From NCBI GenBank assembly GCA_023247915.1, contig JAHFFN010000005.1, forward strand, positions 1 through 58,731: a stretch of 58,731 nt of DNA, read 5' to 3'. Every line of letters starts with the position of its first letter. Position 1 is the stretch's first letter. The translations under genes and the position numbers were made by a program. The notes beneath the pieces were generated by a model, which saw nothing but the letters and a program-made list of their open reading frames with translations, searched no databases and was not told the DNA's origin. This stretch comes from Candidatus Omnitrophota bacterium (GTDB lineage: Bacteria > Omnitrophota > Gorgyraeia > 2-02-FULL-51-18). This document shows, one piece after another, positions 35,655 to 45,969 of the stretch.

Positions 35655-37121
35655 ATGAAGTCAATCAAAGCGTTATTCGTTTTGGCGCTCATGGCCACCC
35701 TCGCGGTGCCTGCGTTTGCCGAAACCCAGAACGTCAAAGTGAGCGGTTCTATCGACGCTTACTACTTTAATCGCACGAACTATGATCTGACCGGTGGTAA
35801 CGATGCTAGCGTCGTTCCTGCAGGCACAGCCGTCATCGCTCCGGGCGTGGTTGGAGCTACCGGTGGTAGCCTCAACAACCGTTCTGATTCCGATGGCTTC
35901 TTCCGCAGCAATACGCAGATTGAAGTCGCCGCGAATCTCACCGACAATGTGTCCACAGTGATCAATCTCGTGAATCAACGCGATTGGAACTCGGACGTTC
36001 TCGGTGCTTCGACCGGTGCAGCCCCCAATAACACCGCCAATGAATTTGGCGTGGATCTTGATTTGGCTTATGTTCAGATGAAGGAGATTTTTTATGCTCC
36101 TTTAACACTGACCGTTGGTCGTCAGGATATTTGGTTCGGCCGTGGTTTTGTCATCGGAAACAACAACAGAACATGGGACAACAATGGTACCACTTCTGCC
36201 GATGAATACTCTGCGACGACCGCGTTTGACGCGATTCGTGCGACCTTGGACTTTAATCCTTGGACGCTTGATTTCGTGTATTCCAATCTGAATGAAAACG
36301 CCGTGAACGCCGAAGATGATATCGATCTTTGGATCGCGAACGTGAACTATAAGTTCGCCGAATACAATGCCGTTGCAGAAGGTTACTTTATCAGCGAACA
36401 AGATAAAGCGGCTCTTTCAGCAGCCGGAGCCGGAAGCGTTGGAACTGACAACAATGTCACCAACACCATCGGTGGCCGCGTGCAGTTTGACCCCATCTCG
36501 CAAATCACCCTCGGCGCGGAACTCGCGTACCAGTTTGGTGACTACAGCGCGGTTGTGGCTCAACAACGCGATCGTTCGGCGTTGGGTCTGGATATTTTCG
36601 GAACCTACCGTTTCGACAATACGTGGAAGCCGGAACTGACCCTTGAGTACGTTCATTTCTCGGGTGAAGATGATCTGAGCAACACGACCCAGTCTGACTA
36701 CGAAGGTTGGAATCTTCTTTATCGCGGCCGTTATTACACCGCGTATGAAGACTTCCGCGAACTTCTGTATGCGACCGGAGACGGCTTCGATCAACCTGCC
36801 AGCACCAACAGCAACATGTTCCAAGTGAAGGGTTCTCTTAAGCCGATGGCAGATCTTTTGCTTGAAGCTTCTGCTTCCTTCTTCTGGAATGATGCGGATG
36901 TGCATACGGCAGCGGTCACGGTTCCTTCCAATGTGTTTACCTCTAGCAACACCAAGAGCAAAGACATCGGTTGGGAAGTTGACACTCAAGCCACTTATGA
37001 CTACACCGAAGACGTTTCTTTCGGTCTGTTAGTCAGCTGGTTTGTCCCCGGTGATTTCTACACCACACCGAATGACAGCACAGCGACTGATGTTGTTTCT
37101 TCAGTCAAGGTGTCCTTCTAA
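35655..37121 (+). CDS. outer-membrane beta-barrel protein, alginate-export (AlgE-like) family
   Basis: Signal peptide ending AFA|E; DLAYV...LTVGRQDI.FG.GFVIG, FDAIR, DIGWEVD motifs; alternating beta strands; C-terminal Phe. Confidence 0.75.
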   Translation: MKSIKALFVLALMATLAVPAFAETQNVKVSGSIDAYYFNRTNYDLTGGNDASVVPAGTAVIAPGVVGATGGSLNNRSDSDGFFRSNTQIEVAANLTDNVSTVINLVNQRDWNSDVLGASTGAAPNNTANEFGVDLDLAYVQMKEIFYAPLTLTVGRQDIWFGRGFVIGNNNRTWDNNGTTSADEYSATTAFDAIRATLDFNPWTLDFVYSNLNENAVNAEDDIDLWIANVNYKFAEYNAVAEGYFISEQDKAALSAAGAGSVGTDNNVTNTIGGRVQFDPISQITLGAELAYQFGDYSAVVAQQRDRSALGLDIFGTYRFDNTWKPELTLEYVHFSGEDDLSNTTQSDYEGWNLLYRGRYYTAYEDFRELLYATGDGFDQPASTNSNMFQVKGSLKPMADLLLEASASFFWNDADVHTAAVTVPSNVFTSSNTKSKDIGWEVDTQATYDYTEDVSFGLLVSWFVPGDFYTTPNDSTATDVVSSVKVSF

Positions 37122-37138
37122 GTAATAAGAAATAGCAA

Positions 37139-37180
37139 TAAAAAACCCCTGGAGCCAAAAGCTTCAGGGGTTTTTCTTTT
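37139..37180. terminator. bidirectional rho-independent terminator
   Basis: AAAAAACCCCTGGAGC-CAAAA-GCTTCAGGGGTTTTT between convergent genes. Confidence 0.85.
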
Positions 37181-37200
37181 TGTTGCAGAGTATTAAAAAA

Positions 37201-38307
37201 TTAGTCTTTGCGTTTTCTTTCGATAAATTCCCGAACCATCTTTTTGGCCTGATGGTCATTGTATTGTTTGGGAGGATGTTTCATCAGATACGCGGAAACG
37301 GAGTAGAGGGGGCCTTTGATTTTTCGTTCGCGGGCGATTTTGAGACAGCGAATGGCATCCACAGCGACGCCGGCGCTATTGGGAGAATCTTCCACCGATA
37401 GCCTGGCTTCAATATGCAAAGGCACATTGGCGAAGCCGCGGCCTTCGATGCGGATAAAAGCCACCTTGTTGTCATTTTGCCAAGGCACGTAGTCACTGGG
37501 GCCGATGTGAATATTTTCAGACTCCAATCTTTCCGAAAGTTGGGATTGCACGGATTCTGTTTTGGAAATTTTTTTATATTTGAGCCGGCCGCGATTGAGC
37601 ATATTTAAAAAATCAGTATTCCCGCCGGTATTCAATTGATAAGTACGGTCAATTTTGGCGCCGCGATCTTCAAAAAGTTTGGCGAGCGTGCGATGCACAA
37701 TCGTGGCGCCCACCTGAGATTTGACATCGTCGCCGATCAAGGGAATGCCTCGATCCGCAAAACGCTTCGCCCACACGGGATTGGACGCGATAAAAACGGG
37801 GATGCAATTGATAAAGCTGACTCCGGCCTCCAGGCAACATTCGGCGTAAAACTCCGTCGCCTTGGCAGAGCCGACCGGCAAATAGCTGATCAAAATTTCC
37901 GCGCCTGTTTTTTTAAGGATTTTGACCACGTCCGCCGGCACTTTATTGCTGGGAATAAAAGTTCTGTGATCCGGATGTTCCTTCATATGCTCCGCGACAC
38001 CGTCCAGGATCGGACCCATCTGAACGATCACGTTGGAACCGGAAATATTTCGTGTGATCAGTTGAGTGCAATTCGGGGCTTGAAAAATAGCTTTCTTGAG
38101 AGGCAGGCCGACCTTGCGTTTATCGATATCAAAAGCGCAAACAACCTCAATGTCTTGGGGGCGATAGTCGCCGATTTCATAATTCATCAACCCGAGCGCT
38201 TCTTTGGCGCCGCCGTTTTTACGGTTTTTTCGGTAAAATTCTAGTCCCTGAATCAGGGAGCTGGCGCAATTGCCGACACCAACGATCGCGAGTTTGATTT
38301 TTTTCAT
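37201..38307 (-). CDS. ino1: myo-inositol-1-phosphate synthase
   Basis: AIVGVGNCASSLIQG, YLPVGS, GDDVKSQVGAT, QLNTGGNTDFLNM, KKISKT, VEDSPNSAG. Confidence 0.95.
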   Translation of the reverse strand: MKKIKLAIVGVGNCASSLIQGLEFYRKNRKNGGAKEALGLMNYEIGDYRPQDIEVVCAFDIDKRKVGLPLKKAIFQAPNCTQLITRNISGSNVIVQMGPILDGVAEHMKEHPDHRTFIPSNKVPADVVKILKKTGAEILISYLPVGSAKATEFYAECCLEAGVSFINCIPVFIASNPVWAKRFADRGIPLIGDDVKSQVGATIVHRTLAKLFEDRGAKIDRTYQLNTGGNTDFLNMLNRGRLKYKKISKTESVQSQLSERLESENIHIGPSDYVPWQNDNKVAFIRIEGRGFANVPLHIEARLSVEDSPNSAGVAVDAIRCLKIARERKIKGPLYSVSAYLMKHPPKQYNDHQAKKMVREFIERKRKD

Positions 38308-38313
38308 TCTCGC

Positions 38314-38342
38314 AGTATATGAAGCGCATTTATTGTTGTCAA
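38314..38342 (-). promoter_or_regulatory. sigma70 promoter of ino1, probably leaderless transcript
   Basis: Minus strand TTGACA-17 nt-TATACT, followed 6 nt later by the ATG; no SD. Confidence 0.7.
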
Positions 38343-38433
38343 GAAAAAGTCCGAAAAGTTTCGCGCTTTTCAAAGGAGAGGGCATCTGCTATAATGGCTC
38401 AATTTCTTAAAAGACAAACATGGAGAAAGCTTT

Positions 38434-40317
38434 GTGAGTACCCCCGATAATAACAAAAAACAAAACCCCAAAAAAAATTCCCGTGAATGGTTTCCTGGGT
38501 CTATCTTTCTTTGGATTTTCCTTTTTTTAAGCATATTTTACTTCGCGCATTTGGGGTCAATGCCCCTTGAAAAGCCCTCTAAACAGCTTACCTACGGCGA
38601 GTTTTTCGCGCTTTTAGAGACCAACCCTAAAGCCCATACCATTAAAAACGGCTATCGCATCGCCAATGAGATTTCAGGCGAGTTTGTCAGCGGCGAAAAA
38701 TACCATGTGCTTTTGCCGACTCAAGACGCGGATTTGGACAGGCTGTTGAGGCAAAATCTTCCGGTGTATGACATCAAGCCGGAGAAGACGTTTTGGACAC
38801 AGCTCCTTTACGCGGTGATCGGGCCTTTGCTTTTTGTGGGTCTCCTATGGGTTTTGATTTATCGCGGGCAAGGCGGAGGAGCCGGCGGCGGGCGCATCAT
38901 GGCTTTTGGCCGTTCCAAAGCGAAGCTCAACGCGAATATGCGTATCACCTTTAAAGATGTGGCGGGGGTGGAAGAAGCCAAGGAAGAGCTCAAAGAAATT
39001 ATTGAATTTTTGAAGGATCCTAAAAAGTTTCAGCGCTTGGGCGGAAAAATTCCTCGCGGCGTCCTGCTTATGGGGCCTCCGGGTACCGGAAAAACATTGC
39101 TCGCCAAAGCGGTCTCAGGCGAAGCCGAAGTACCTTTCTTTTCCTTGTCCGGCTCGGATTTTGTGGAAATGTTTGTGGGTGTCGGCGCTTCGCGTGTGCG
39201 CGATCTTTTTGAGCAAGCCAAAAAAAGTGTCAAGCAGACTGGCCGCGGTTGCATTATTTTTATCGATGAAATTGATGCGGTGGGTCGTCAACGTTTTGCC
39301 GGGATCGGCGGAGGTCATGACGAAAGAGAACAGACTTTGAACGCGCTCTTGGTGGAAATGGATGGATTTAATACCCAGGAAGCGGTGATTCTTATCGCGG
39401 CAACCAATCGTCCGGATGTGTTGGATCCGGCATTGCTTCGTCCGGGTCGTTTTGATCGTCAGGTGGTCATTGATCGCCCGGATCTCAATGGCCGCGAAGC
39501 GATTTTGAATGTGCACACCAAAAATATTAAGATCGGTGAAAATGTCGACTTAAAATCTATCGCTCGTCAAACCCCCGGATTTTCCGGAGCGGATTTGGCA
39601 AATCTGGCCAATGAAGCTGCGCTGTTGGCGGCTCGTAACGGCAAAGATGCGGTCGGGATCGTGGAGCTTCAAGCCGCGATTGAACGCGTGATGGCTGGCC
39701 CTGAAAGAAAAAGCCGCATCATCTCCGACAAAGAAAAGCGGGTGGTGGCTTATCATGAATCAGGACACACCTTATTGGCTCTCTTGGTGCCGGGAGCGGA
39801 TCCGCTTCACAAAGTGTCTATCATCCCTCGTGGAACGGCGGCGCTCGGCTATACGATGCAGGTGCCGATTGAAGACCGGTATTTGACTTCCAGAAAAGAA
39901 TTGCTCGGGAAATTAGTGGTGCTGATGGGTGGCCGCGCGGCGGAAGAAATTTTCTTCGAAGAAATCACCACCGGCGCTCATAATGACATTGAAGTCGCCA
40001 CGGGGATCGCGCGGCGCATGGTTTGCGAATTTGGCATGAGCGATAAGATGGGAAATCTTGCGTTTGGAAAAAGAGAAACACAGATTTTCTTGGGTCGCGA
40101 TTTTTCCGAAGAGCGCAACTACAGCGAAGAAACTGCGCGTCAAATCGATGGGGAAGTGAAGCGTCTGGTGGATGAGGCTTATGCCCGCGCCAAAAAAGAA
40201 ATCACCACGCATATCGAAAAATTAAAAACGCTGGCCGAAAAATTGTTGGAAAAAGAAGTCCTGGACGCGGAAGAGGTAAGGGCGATTGTCGGGATTCCGA
40301 ATCTCCAGCCGGTTTGA
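38434..40317 (+). CDS. ftsH: ATP-dependent zinc metalloprotease FtsH
   Basis: 2 TM helices, [29 protein letters not shown]. Confidence 0.97.
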   Translation: MSTPDNNKKQNPKKNSREWFPGSIFLWIFLFLSIFYFAHLGSMPLEKPSKQLTYGEFFALLETNPKAHTIKNGYRIANEISGEFVSGEKYHVLLPTQDADLDRLLRQNLPVYDIKPEKTFWTQLLYAVIGPLLFVGLLWVLIYRGQGGGAGGGRIMAFGRSKAKLNANMRITFKDVAGVEEAKEELKEIIEFLKDPKKFQRLGGKIPRGVLLMGPPGTGKTLLAKAVSGEAEVPFFSLSGSDFVEMFVGVGASRVRDLFEQAKKSVKQTGRGCIIFIDEIDAVGRQRFAGIGGGHDEREQTLNALLVEMDGFNTQEAVILIAATNRPDVLDPALLRPGRFDRQVVIDRPDLNGREAILNVHTKNIKIGENVDLKSIARQTPGFSGADLANLANEAALLAARNGKDAVGIVELQAAIERVMAGPERKSRIISDKEKRVVAYHESGHTLLALLVPGADPLHKVSIIPRGTAALGYTMQVPIEDRYLTSRKELLGKLVVLMGGRAAEEIFFEEITTGAHNDIEVATGIARRMVCEFGMSDKMGNLAFGKRETQIFLGRDFSEERNYSEETARQIDGEVKRLVDEAYARAKKEITTHIEKLKTLAEKLLEKEVLDAEEVRAIVGIPNLQPV

Positions 40318-41140
40318 TTTCCGTCTGGGCGATCGTGTTTTGCGCCTGGGGGCTCAAACGAAATTGATGGGAGTCTTAAACGTCACGCCGGATTCTTTTA
40401 GCGATGGCGGCCGTTATCTCGATCCGGGGCTTGCCGAAGCGCGCGCGCTCCAGATGCAAAACGAAGGCGCGGATCTTTTGGATATCGGTGGTGAGTCCAC
40501 ACGACCCGGTTCCAAGCCGGTTTCCACCCGTGAAGAGCTTCGCCGAGTGCTCCCGGTTCTTAAACGCCTCTCGAAAAAAATTAAAATTCCCATTTCAGTC
40601 GATACTACCAAGTATGAAGTTGCTTCCGCGGCGTTGGATGAGGGAGCACTCCTCATTAATGATATTTCAGCGTTGAGAGGCAATCGGCGGCTTGCCAAAA
40701 AAATAGCGGCCTCCCGTGCGGCCGTGGTTTTGATGCATATGCAGGGAAAGCCGAAAACCATGCAAAAAAATCCCAGCTATAAAAATTGCGTCAAAGATAT
40801 TTTTGACTTCTTAAAAAAAGCCGTTTATTCTGCTAGAGAAGCCGGGATTTCAAAGGACAGCATTTTGATTGATCCGGGCTTTGGTTTTGGAAAAACAATG
40901 GATCAGAATATGGAAATTTTAAAAAATTTAAATTTTTTTTCAGGGATCGGGTCTCCGCTGTTGGTGGGGCTTTCCCGAAAGTCTTTTATTGGCCACGCGC
41001 TTCACGTGGCGGAGCCGGATCAGCGGCTCTATGGATCCCTGGCAACGGCCGCCGCCGCTATTTTTAAGGGCGCGCATGTGCTCCGTGTGCATGATGTGTT
41101 GCCGCACCGTCAACTAGCGCTTTTAATCGATCAATGCTGA
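40286..41140 (+). CDS. folP: dihydropteroate synthase
   Basis: [43 protein letters not shown]; start codon uncertain. Confidence 0.95.
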   Translation: MSGFRISSRFDFRLGDRVLRLGAQTKLMGVLNVTPDSFSDGGRYLDPGLAEARALQMQNEGADLLDIGGESTRPGSKPVSTREELRRVLPVLKRLSKKIKIPISVDTTKYEVASAALDEGALLINDISALRGNRRLAKKIAASRAAVVLMHMQGKPKTMQKNPSYKNCVKDIFDFLKKAVYSAREAGISKDSILIDPGFGFGKTMDQNMEILKNLNFFSGIGSPLLVGLSRKSFIGHALHVAEPDQRLYGSLATAAAAIFKGAHVLRVHDVLPHRQLALLIDQC

Positions 41141-41937
41141 CCACGGCTATCGCGATCATCCAGGTGTGGTGGAAGCCGGCGGTGGAGATCACCAGCCTTT
41201 GGTTTGCCATTTACCTGCTTTTGGTTTACATCAAAGACAGCGGCATGATGCAGGCGATGAAAGGCCTGGTTTTTTTGGTGCTGATGTTTTTTGTTTCCCA
41301 GGTATTGGAGCTTAAAAGCATACGCTGGGTGCTTGGCCATATTTTCCAGATATCCATCATCGGCTTCCTTATTATTTTTCAGGCGGAGCTTCGCCGCGGC
41401 CTTACGCGTATCGGCCAAACACCTCTTTTCCGTAGTTTCTTAAAGGAAGAAAACACCATCCACGAAATCATTAAAGCCGTTTTTTCAATGTCTCGCGCCA
41501 AAACCGGTGCCCTGATTGCGATTGAGCGTGAGGTGAGTCTCAAAGTGTACGGAGAAAACGGGATCGCGCTCGACGGTATTTTAAGCGCGGAGCTGTTGCA
41601 AACTATTTTTGCGCACAACACGCCGTTTCATGACGGCGGCATTGTGGTGCAAGGCAATCGCGTCATGGCGGTGGGTTGTGTATTTCCGCTCTCCCAGAGT
41701 CAAAAACTTTCCAAGGCTTTTGGAATGCGTCACCGCGCGGCGCTGGGCTTGAGTGAAGAGACCGGCGCGCTTGTGATTGTGGTCTCGGAAGAAACCGGCG
41801 CTGTTTCTTTGATGAATCAAGGGAAAATTATCCGCGATATCGATGAAGAACGGTTGAAGCAAAATTTATCCGAGTCGTATCAGCCTCAGCGGCCGGGAGC
41901 CCGCGGTAAAAATATTTCTCAGAAGGACAACGCATGA
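41134..41937 (+). CDS. cdaA: diadenylate cyclase CdaA
   Basis: 3 TM helices, IFQAELRR, GALIAIE, HDGG, GMRHRAA, VSEETG. Confidence 0.93.
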   Translation: MLTTAIAIIQVWWKPAVEITSLWFAIYLLLVYIKDSGMMQAMKGLVFLVLMFFVSQVLELKSIRWVLGHIFQISIIGFLIIFQAELRRGLTRIGQTPLFRSFLKEENTIHEIIKAVFSMSRAKTGALIAIEREVSLKVYGENGIALDGILSAELLQTIFAHNTPFHDGGIVVQGNRVMAVGCVFPLSQSQKLSKAFGMRHRAALGLSEETGALVIVVSEETGAVSLMNQGKIIRDIDEERLKQNLSESYQPQRPGARGKNISQKDNA

Positions 41938-42377
41938 AGCTTCTCAAAGGCACGTTTTTACTCAAAGTGATCGCCCTGGTTTTCGCAGTGCTCGGTTATT
42001 TTTATATTCACAATGAAATCAGAAACGCGGAAATGGAAAAAGGCGCGACGGATTCTTCGTATAAACTGCTGAAGTTGACTGCCAAAACTCTGCCTGTGAA
42101 GCTTCGCCTTGAAACCTCTCCGCCGGACGGGTATCGCATTGTTGATTCGAAGGTGTCGACAGATCCTTCCCGGGTGACGGTTATCGGTCCGGAGGCGCTT
42201 TTGGACGAAAGCTCTGTCGCCGAAACCGCTATTTTGGATACCAGTGAAAATACTAAAACGCTGGTGAAAAGAATTCCCCTGGAGAGTGTCGGAGGTATTC
42301 ACATCACCGGCGATCCGTATTTTATCGAAGTAACGGTGCCCATCGAGAAAATCGCTGAGGACAAACCGGCCTCATGA
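41934..42377 (+). CDS. CdaR/YbbR-like protein (single YbbR domain)
   Basis: N-terminal TM; PPDGY...PSRVTVIGP motif; coupled to cdaA. Confidence 0.75.
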   Translation: MKLLKGTFLLKVIALVFAVLGYFYIHNEIRNAEMEKGATDSSYKLLKLTAKTLPVKLRLETSPPDGYRIVDSKVSTDPSRVTVIGPEALLDESSVAETAILDTSENTKTLVKRIPLESVGGIHITGDPYFIEVTVPIEKIAEDKPAS

Positions 42378-43087
42378 AGCTAGGCGTGAATATTGATCAT
42401 GTCGCCACGCTACGGCAGGCGCGCGGCGGATTTTATCCCGACCCGGTGCAGGCGGCTAAAATCTGCAAGATGGCCGGCGCGGACTCCATTGTGATGCATT
42501 TGCGCGAGGATCGCCGCCATATCCAAGACCGCGATCTTTTTCGCGTCCAAAAAGCGACTCCAATCAAACTCAACCTTGAAATGTCCGTCGCCGCGTCGGT
42601 GGTGAAGACTGCCTTGGAGCTTTTGCCCGATCAAGTCACCTTGGTGCCCGAAAAGCGCCAGGAACGCACGACAGAGGGCGGCTTAAACCTTTTTAAGAAG
42701 CGCTACGATCTCTGGAAAGCGCTTGAAAATTTTCAAAAGAAAAATGTCGCGGTTAGCCTTTTTCTGGATCCGAATCTCAAGCAAATCCGCGAGGCGCGGC
42801 GTCTCGGCGTCGAGGCTATCGAGCTTCATACCGGCGATTATGCCAATCAAAAAACGGGGTTGGGGCGTCGTAAACAGCTGGCTCGTTTGCGCGAGGCGGC
42901 CAAGCTTTCCGCGGATCTCGGGCTTTTTACTTACGCGGGTCACGGACTGGATTATGAAAACACCAAGGCGGTGGTTCGTATCAAGGAGATCGAGGAGTTG
43001 AATATCGGCTATTCGATCGTGACGCGCGCGCTGTGGGTGGGTCTTGAAAAAGCGGTGCAAGAAATGCGCGAATTGATGCAACGATGA
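42374..43087 (+). CDS. pdxJ: pyridoxine 5'-phosphate synthase
   Basis: LGVNIDHVATLRQAR, HLREDRRHI, TTEGG, IELHTG, AGHGL. Confidence 0.97.
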   Translation: MKLGVNIDHVATLRQARGGFYPDPVQAAKICKMAGADSIVMHLREDRRHIQDRDLFRVQKATPIKLNLEMSVAASVVKTALELLPDQVTLVPEKRQERTTEGGLNLFKKRYDLWKALENFQKKNVAVSLFLDPNLKQIREARRLGVEAIELHTGDYANQKTGLGRRKQLARLREAAKLSADLGLFTYAGHGLDYENTKAVVRIKEIEELNIGYSIVTRALWVGLEKAVQEMRELMQR

Positions 43088-43494
43088 AAAAGAAAACGCC
43101 CAACCCTCATCAAGCGATCGGAATTGATATTGTTGAGATCAAGCGCCTTGAAAAAACCAGCAAGCGTTGGGGCAAGGCTTTTTTAAATAAAGTTTATACG
43201 GCGCGGGAACTCCGATACGCGTACTCCAAGCGTTATCCTCATCAGCATTTGGCGGCGCGTTTTGCGGCCAAGGAAGCGATTTTTAAAGCGCTGGGGGAAG
43301 TGGAGCGGGAATTTGTCGGCTGGAAAAATATTGAGATTTTGAATGATGCCTACGGCAAGCCGGAAGTGCATTGGCATGGCCAGGCCGAACGAGTCCGTAT
43401 TAAACGTAAACTGAAGGGCGCGGTGGTAAGTCTATCTCACACCGAAAATTACGCGGTCGCCAACGCGATGTTGGTGCCGACCCGGCAAAAATAA
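43084..43494 (+). CDS. acpS: holo-ACP synthase
   Basis: IGIDIVEI, RFAAKEA, GKP, VSLSH. Confidence 0.95.
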   Translation: MKKKTPNPHQAIGIDIVEIKRLEKTSKRWGKAFLNKVYTARELRYAYSKRYPHQHLAARFAAKEAIFKALGEVEREFVGWKNIEILNDAYGKPEVHWHGQAERVRIKRKLKGAVVSLSHTENYAVANAMLVPTRQK

Positions 43495-44354
43495 TGCGGC
43501 TCCCCGCCAGCCGTTTTCCACTGCTTCCCCGAAAGAAAAATACCGATAAAACTCATTATGGTCATACGCTCATTATAGCGGGTTCTCGTGGTATGGCGGG
43601 AGCGGCTGTTTTGTCGGCACGTGCGGCGTTGATGTCTGGGAGTGGACTTGTGACATTGGCGGTTCCTAAGAGCTTGGGGTCTCGAATTACGATAGCTATA
43701 CCCGAGGCAATGACATTAGAACTTCCTGAGACCGCCACAGGGTCTATGGCGGGCAGTGCATTAACGAAGTTGAAGGATTTTATAACCAAAAAAAAGATCC
43801 AATCCATTTTGATTGGTCCGGGTCTGTCTATTCACCCCGAAACCAGCAAACTTGTGTGCCGGCTCGTCGCCTTTAGCGCTACTCCCGTGGTGCTTGATGC
43901 CGATGGGCTTAACGCGTTTAAAGGGCAATCGAAACTGTTGCGCGCACATAAAGCGCCACTCGTTTTAACGCCTCATCGAAAAGAATTCGAACGTCTTTTT
44001 AACGAGTCATGGCCTCAAAATCGTGACACACGTATTGCTCTTGTAAAAAAACTCTCCAAATTTTATCGCATGACGCTTGTGTTAAAAGGCAGTCGTACCC
44101 TGGTGATCGCAAACGATCAAGTTTTCATAAACACAACTGGAAATCCGGCCATGGCCAAAGGCGGAAGCGGAGACGTGTTGTCCGGCATGATCGCAGCATT
44201 TTTAGCACAGGGATTGGATTCTTTTCAGGCTTCTCGTTGGGCTGTTTATTTTCATGGAAAAGCGGGAGATAGGGCGGCGTGCGAGAAGGGGGAGCTCTCC
44301 GTTTTGGCGAGCGATATCATCAAACAGCTTCCCAAGGTATTTCGCCGGGCATAA
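43494..44354 (+). CDS. nnrD: ADP-dependent NAD(P)H-hydrate dehydratase (no epimerase domain)
   Basis: GSRGMAGA, IGPGL, LDADGL, LTPH..E, LKG, GGSGDVLSG. Confidence 0.92.
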   Translation: MRLPASRFPLLPRKKNTDKTHYGHTLIIAGSRGMAGAAVLSARAALMSGSGLVTLAVPKSLGSRITIAIPEAMTLELPETATGSMAGSALTKLKDFITKKKIQSILIGPGLSIHPETSKLVCRLVAFSATPVVLDADGLNAFKGQSKLLRAHKAPLVLTPHRKEFERLFNESWPQNRDTRIALVKKLSKFYRMTLVLKGSRTLVIANDQVFINTTGNPAMAKGGSGDVLSGMIAAFLAQGLDSFQASRWAVYFHGKAGDRAACEKGELSVLASDIIKQLPKVFRRA

Positions 44355-44355
44355 A

Positions 44356-44390
44356 AAAATCGCCTCGGTTTTTACACCAAGGCGATTTTC
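44356..44390. terminator. probable bidirectional terminator between nnrD and the tRNA pair
   Basis: AAAATCGCCTCGGT-TTTTAC-ACCAAGGCGATTTT hairpin. Confidence 0.65.
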
Positions 44391-44397
44391 TAAATTA

Positions 44398-44479
44398 TGG
44401 GCAGGCCAGGATTCGAACCTGGGAAGGCAAAGCCAGCAGATTTACAGTCTGCCCCTGTTGGCCACTTAGGTACCTGCCC
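44398..44479 (-). tRNA. tRNA-Tyr(GTA)
   Basis: Reverse complement GGGCAGG...GCAGA-CTGTAAA-TCTGC, long variable arm, GGTTCGAATCC...CCTGCCCA. Confidence 0.95.
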
Positions 44480-44493
44480 TAAACTTCTAAATC

Positions 44494-44569
44494 TGGAGCT
44501 GGAGGTCGGGATCGAACCGACGACCTACGGTTTACAAAACCGTTGCTCTACCAGCTGAGCTACTCCAGC
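44494..44569 (-). tRNA. tRNA-Thr(TGT)
   Basis: Reverse complement GCTGGAGTAGCTCAGCTGGTAGAGC-ACGGT-TTTGTAA-ACCGT...GGTTCGATCC...CTCCAGCTCCA. Confidence 0.95.
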
Positions 44570-44782
44570 ATAAATCTTTTGATCCGCATGCAGGGCTCAG
44601 CTGACTGAGCTACGTAGCGGCAATCATCAAGATTGCCGCGAAGTGTCGCACACAGAAGTGTGCGACCTCCAGCGGCTTCACAAGTTCGGACTATTATACG
44701 AGAATAACGCATTTGTTTCATCAACGATTTTATCAGCCCCAAACCCAATTGACTTCATCTCTTCCAAGAGCTAATCTCAAGC

Positions 44783-45079
44783 ATGACCATTCCAATGACA
44801 TCCTCTCAACTTAAAACCCATCTCAAAAATTTACCGCATTGGCGCTATCTTGCAAAAACCAAATCCATCGCCACGACGCACAAAGCTAAAAATTTTCTAG
44901 ACGTAGTTCGGCTGATTAGAAAAATCGCGGTGCTGGCGGAGAAAGCTGATCACCATCCGGATTTGCATCTGACGCGTTATCGCCATCTAAGAATTGTTCT
45001 GAGCACGCATTCTTTGGGGCAAGTCTCTTTCAAAGATATTCATCTGGCTTCAAAAATTGAAAAATTACTGAGCCGATGA
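44783..45079 (+). CDS. pterin-4-alpha-carbinolamine dehydratase family protein
   Basis: AEKADHHPDL, LSTHS, KDI.LA motifs; TTGACT-17-TAATCT promoter 5 nt before the ATG. Confidence 0.88.
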   Translation: MTIPMTSSQLKTHLKNLPHWRYLAKTKSIATTHKAKNFLDVVRLIRKIAVLAEKADHHPDLHLTRYRHLRIVLSTHSLGQVSFKDIHLASKIEKLLSR

Positions 45080-45258
45080 ACAAAATAGCATAGGGAGCAG
45101 TTACTGACTGTGACCCTAGCGTCAAATCCTGACCCACTCCTAATTCTCCCAAACCCCTCAGTTAATCGACCAAAACCCTAAAAAATAGTTGAACGCAAAA
45201 TCGACCCTTTGACGTCTTGTATAGCAGGGAGATGGCGACCCTTGATTTCTCCCTAAGA

Positions 45259-45287
45259 TTGAAAATACAGCATATATATTGTATACT
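45259..45287 (+). promoter_or_regulatory. TA operon promoter with overlapping palindromic operator
   Basis: TTGAAA-17 nt-TATACT; ATACA-N10-TGTAT inverted repeat at 45265-45284. Confidence 0.6.
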
Positions 45288-45302
45288 GCTAAGGAGAGAT
45301 AA

Positions 45303-45644
45303 GTGTTTGAGATTAGGTATTATGAGAGCTCACGCGGAGAGGTATACGTTAGAGAATATATCGACCAGCTTGTGGGGAATCATCAGTGTAAGATTTTGGC
45401 TTTTATTAAAAAGCTGAGAAACCAAGGATATTTATTAAGAAGACCTGTTGCAGCATATTTGGGGAGTAAGTTATGGGAGCTAAGACCCGGTTCCCATAGA
45501 ATTTTGTACTCTTTTTACGAAAGAGATAAAATTATTTTGTTGCACGCATTTCATAAAAAATCGAGTGAGGTTCCAAAGGGTGACATGGAGTTGGCCATGA
45601 ATAGATTAAATGATTGGCTGAATAGGGGAAGATATGAAAAGTAA
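45303..45644 (+). CDS. RelE/ParE-family (HigB/Gp49-like) toxin
   Basis: LWELRP..HRILY, ILLHAFHKKS..P..D..LA motif; GTG start after AGGAG. Confidence 0.85.
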   Translation: MFEIRYYESSRGEVYVREYIDQLVGNHQCKILAFIKKLRNQGYLLRRPVAAYLGSKLWELRPGSHRILYSFYERDKIILLHAFHKKSSEVPKGDMELAMNRLNDWLNRGRYEK

Positions 45645-45969
45645 ATACACAGGAAATTCATTCAAGGAGCATTACGACTCCATCGTTAAAAACAACCCCA
45701 AGATGGAGCTTGAGATCCAATTAGAAATGGCAAAGGCGGATCTTGCGGAGTTGATCTTTGCTTATCGTGAAAAAAGACAGATGACTCAAAAGCAGTTAGC
45801 CGAAGAGTTGGGGGTGAGGCAACAAGTTATTAGCCGAATCGAAAGCGGAACGAATAATATTACGCTGGATACCTTGCTCAGGATTTTGGAGGTTCTGCAT
45901 ATTTCTCTTAAAGTACATGTTGCCAAAAGAGTTCGCCATCAGAAAATCCTTCAATTTATTAGCGCATGA
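45634..45969 (+). CDS. XRE-family HTH antitoxin (HigA-like)
   Basis: MTQKQLAEELGVRQQVISRIESG..NITLDTL; overlaps the toxin gene. Confidence 0.85.
   Translation: MKSKYTGNSFKEHYDSIVKNNPKMELEIQLEMAKADLAELIFAYREKRQMTQKQLAEELGVRQQVISRIESGTNNITLDTLLRILEVLHISLKVHVAKRVRHQKILQFISA

Noticed and set aside
45265-45284. LexA/SOS box at the TA promoter
   Set aside because: It does not match CTGT-N8-ACAG or GAAC-N4-GTTC and is better explained as the antitoxin operator.
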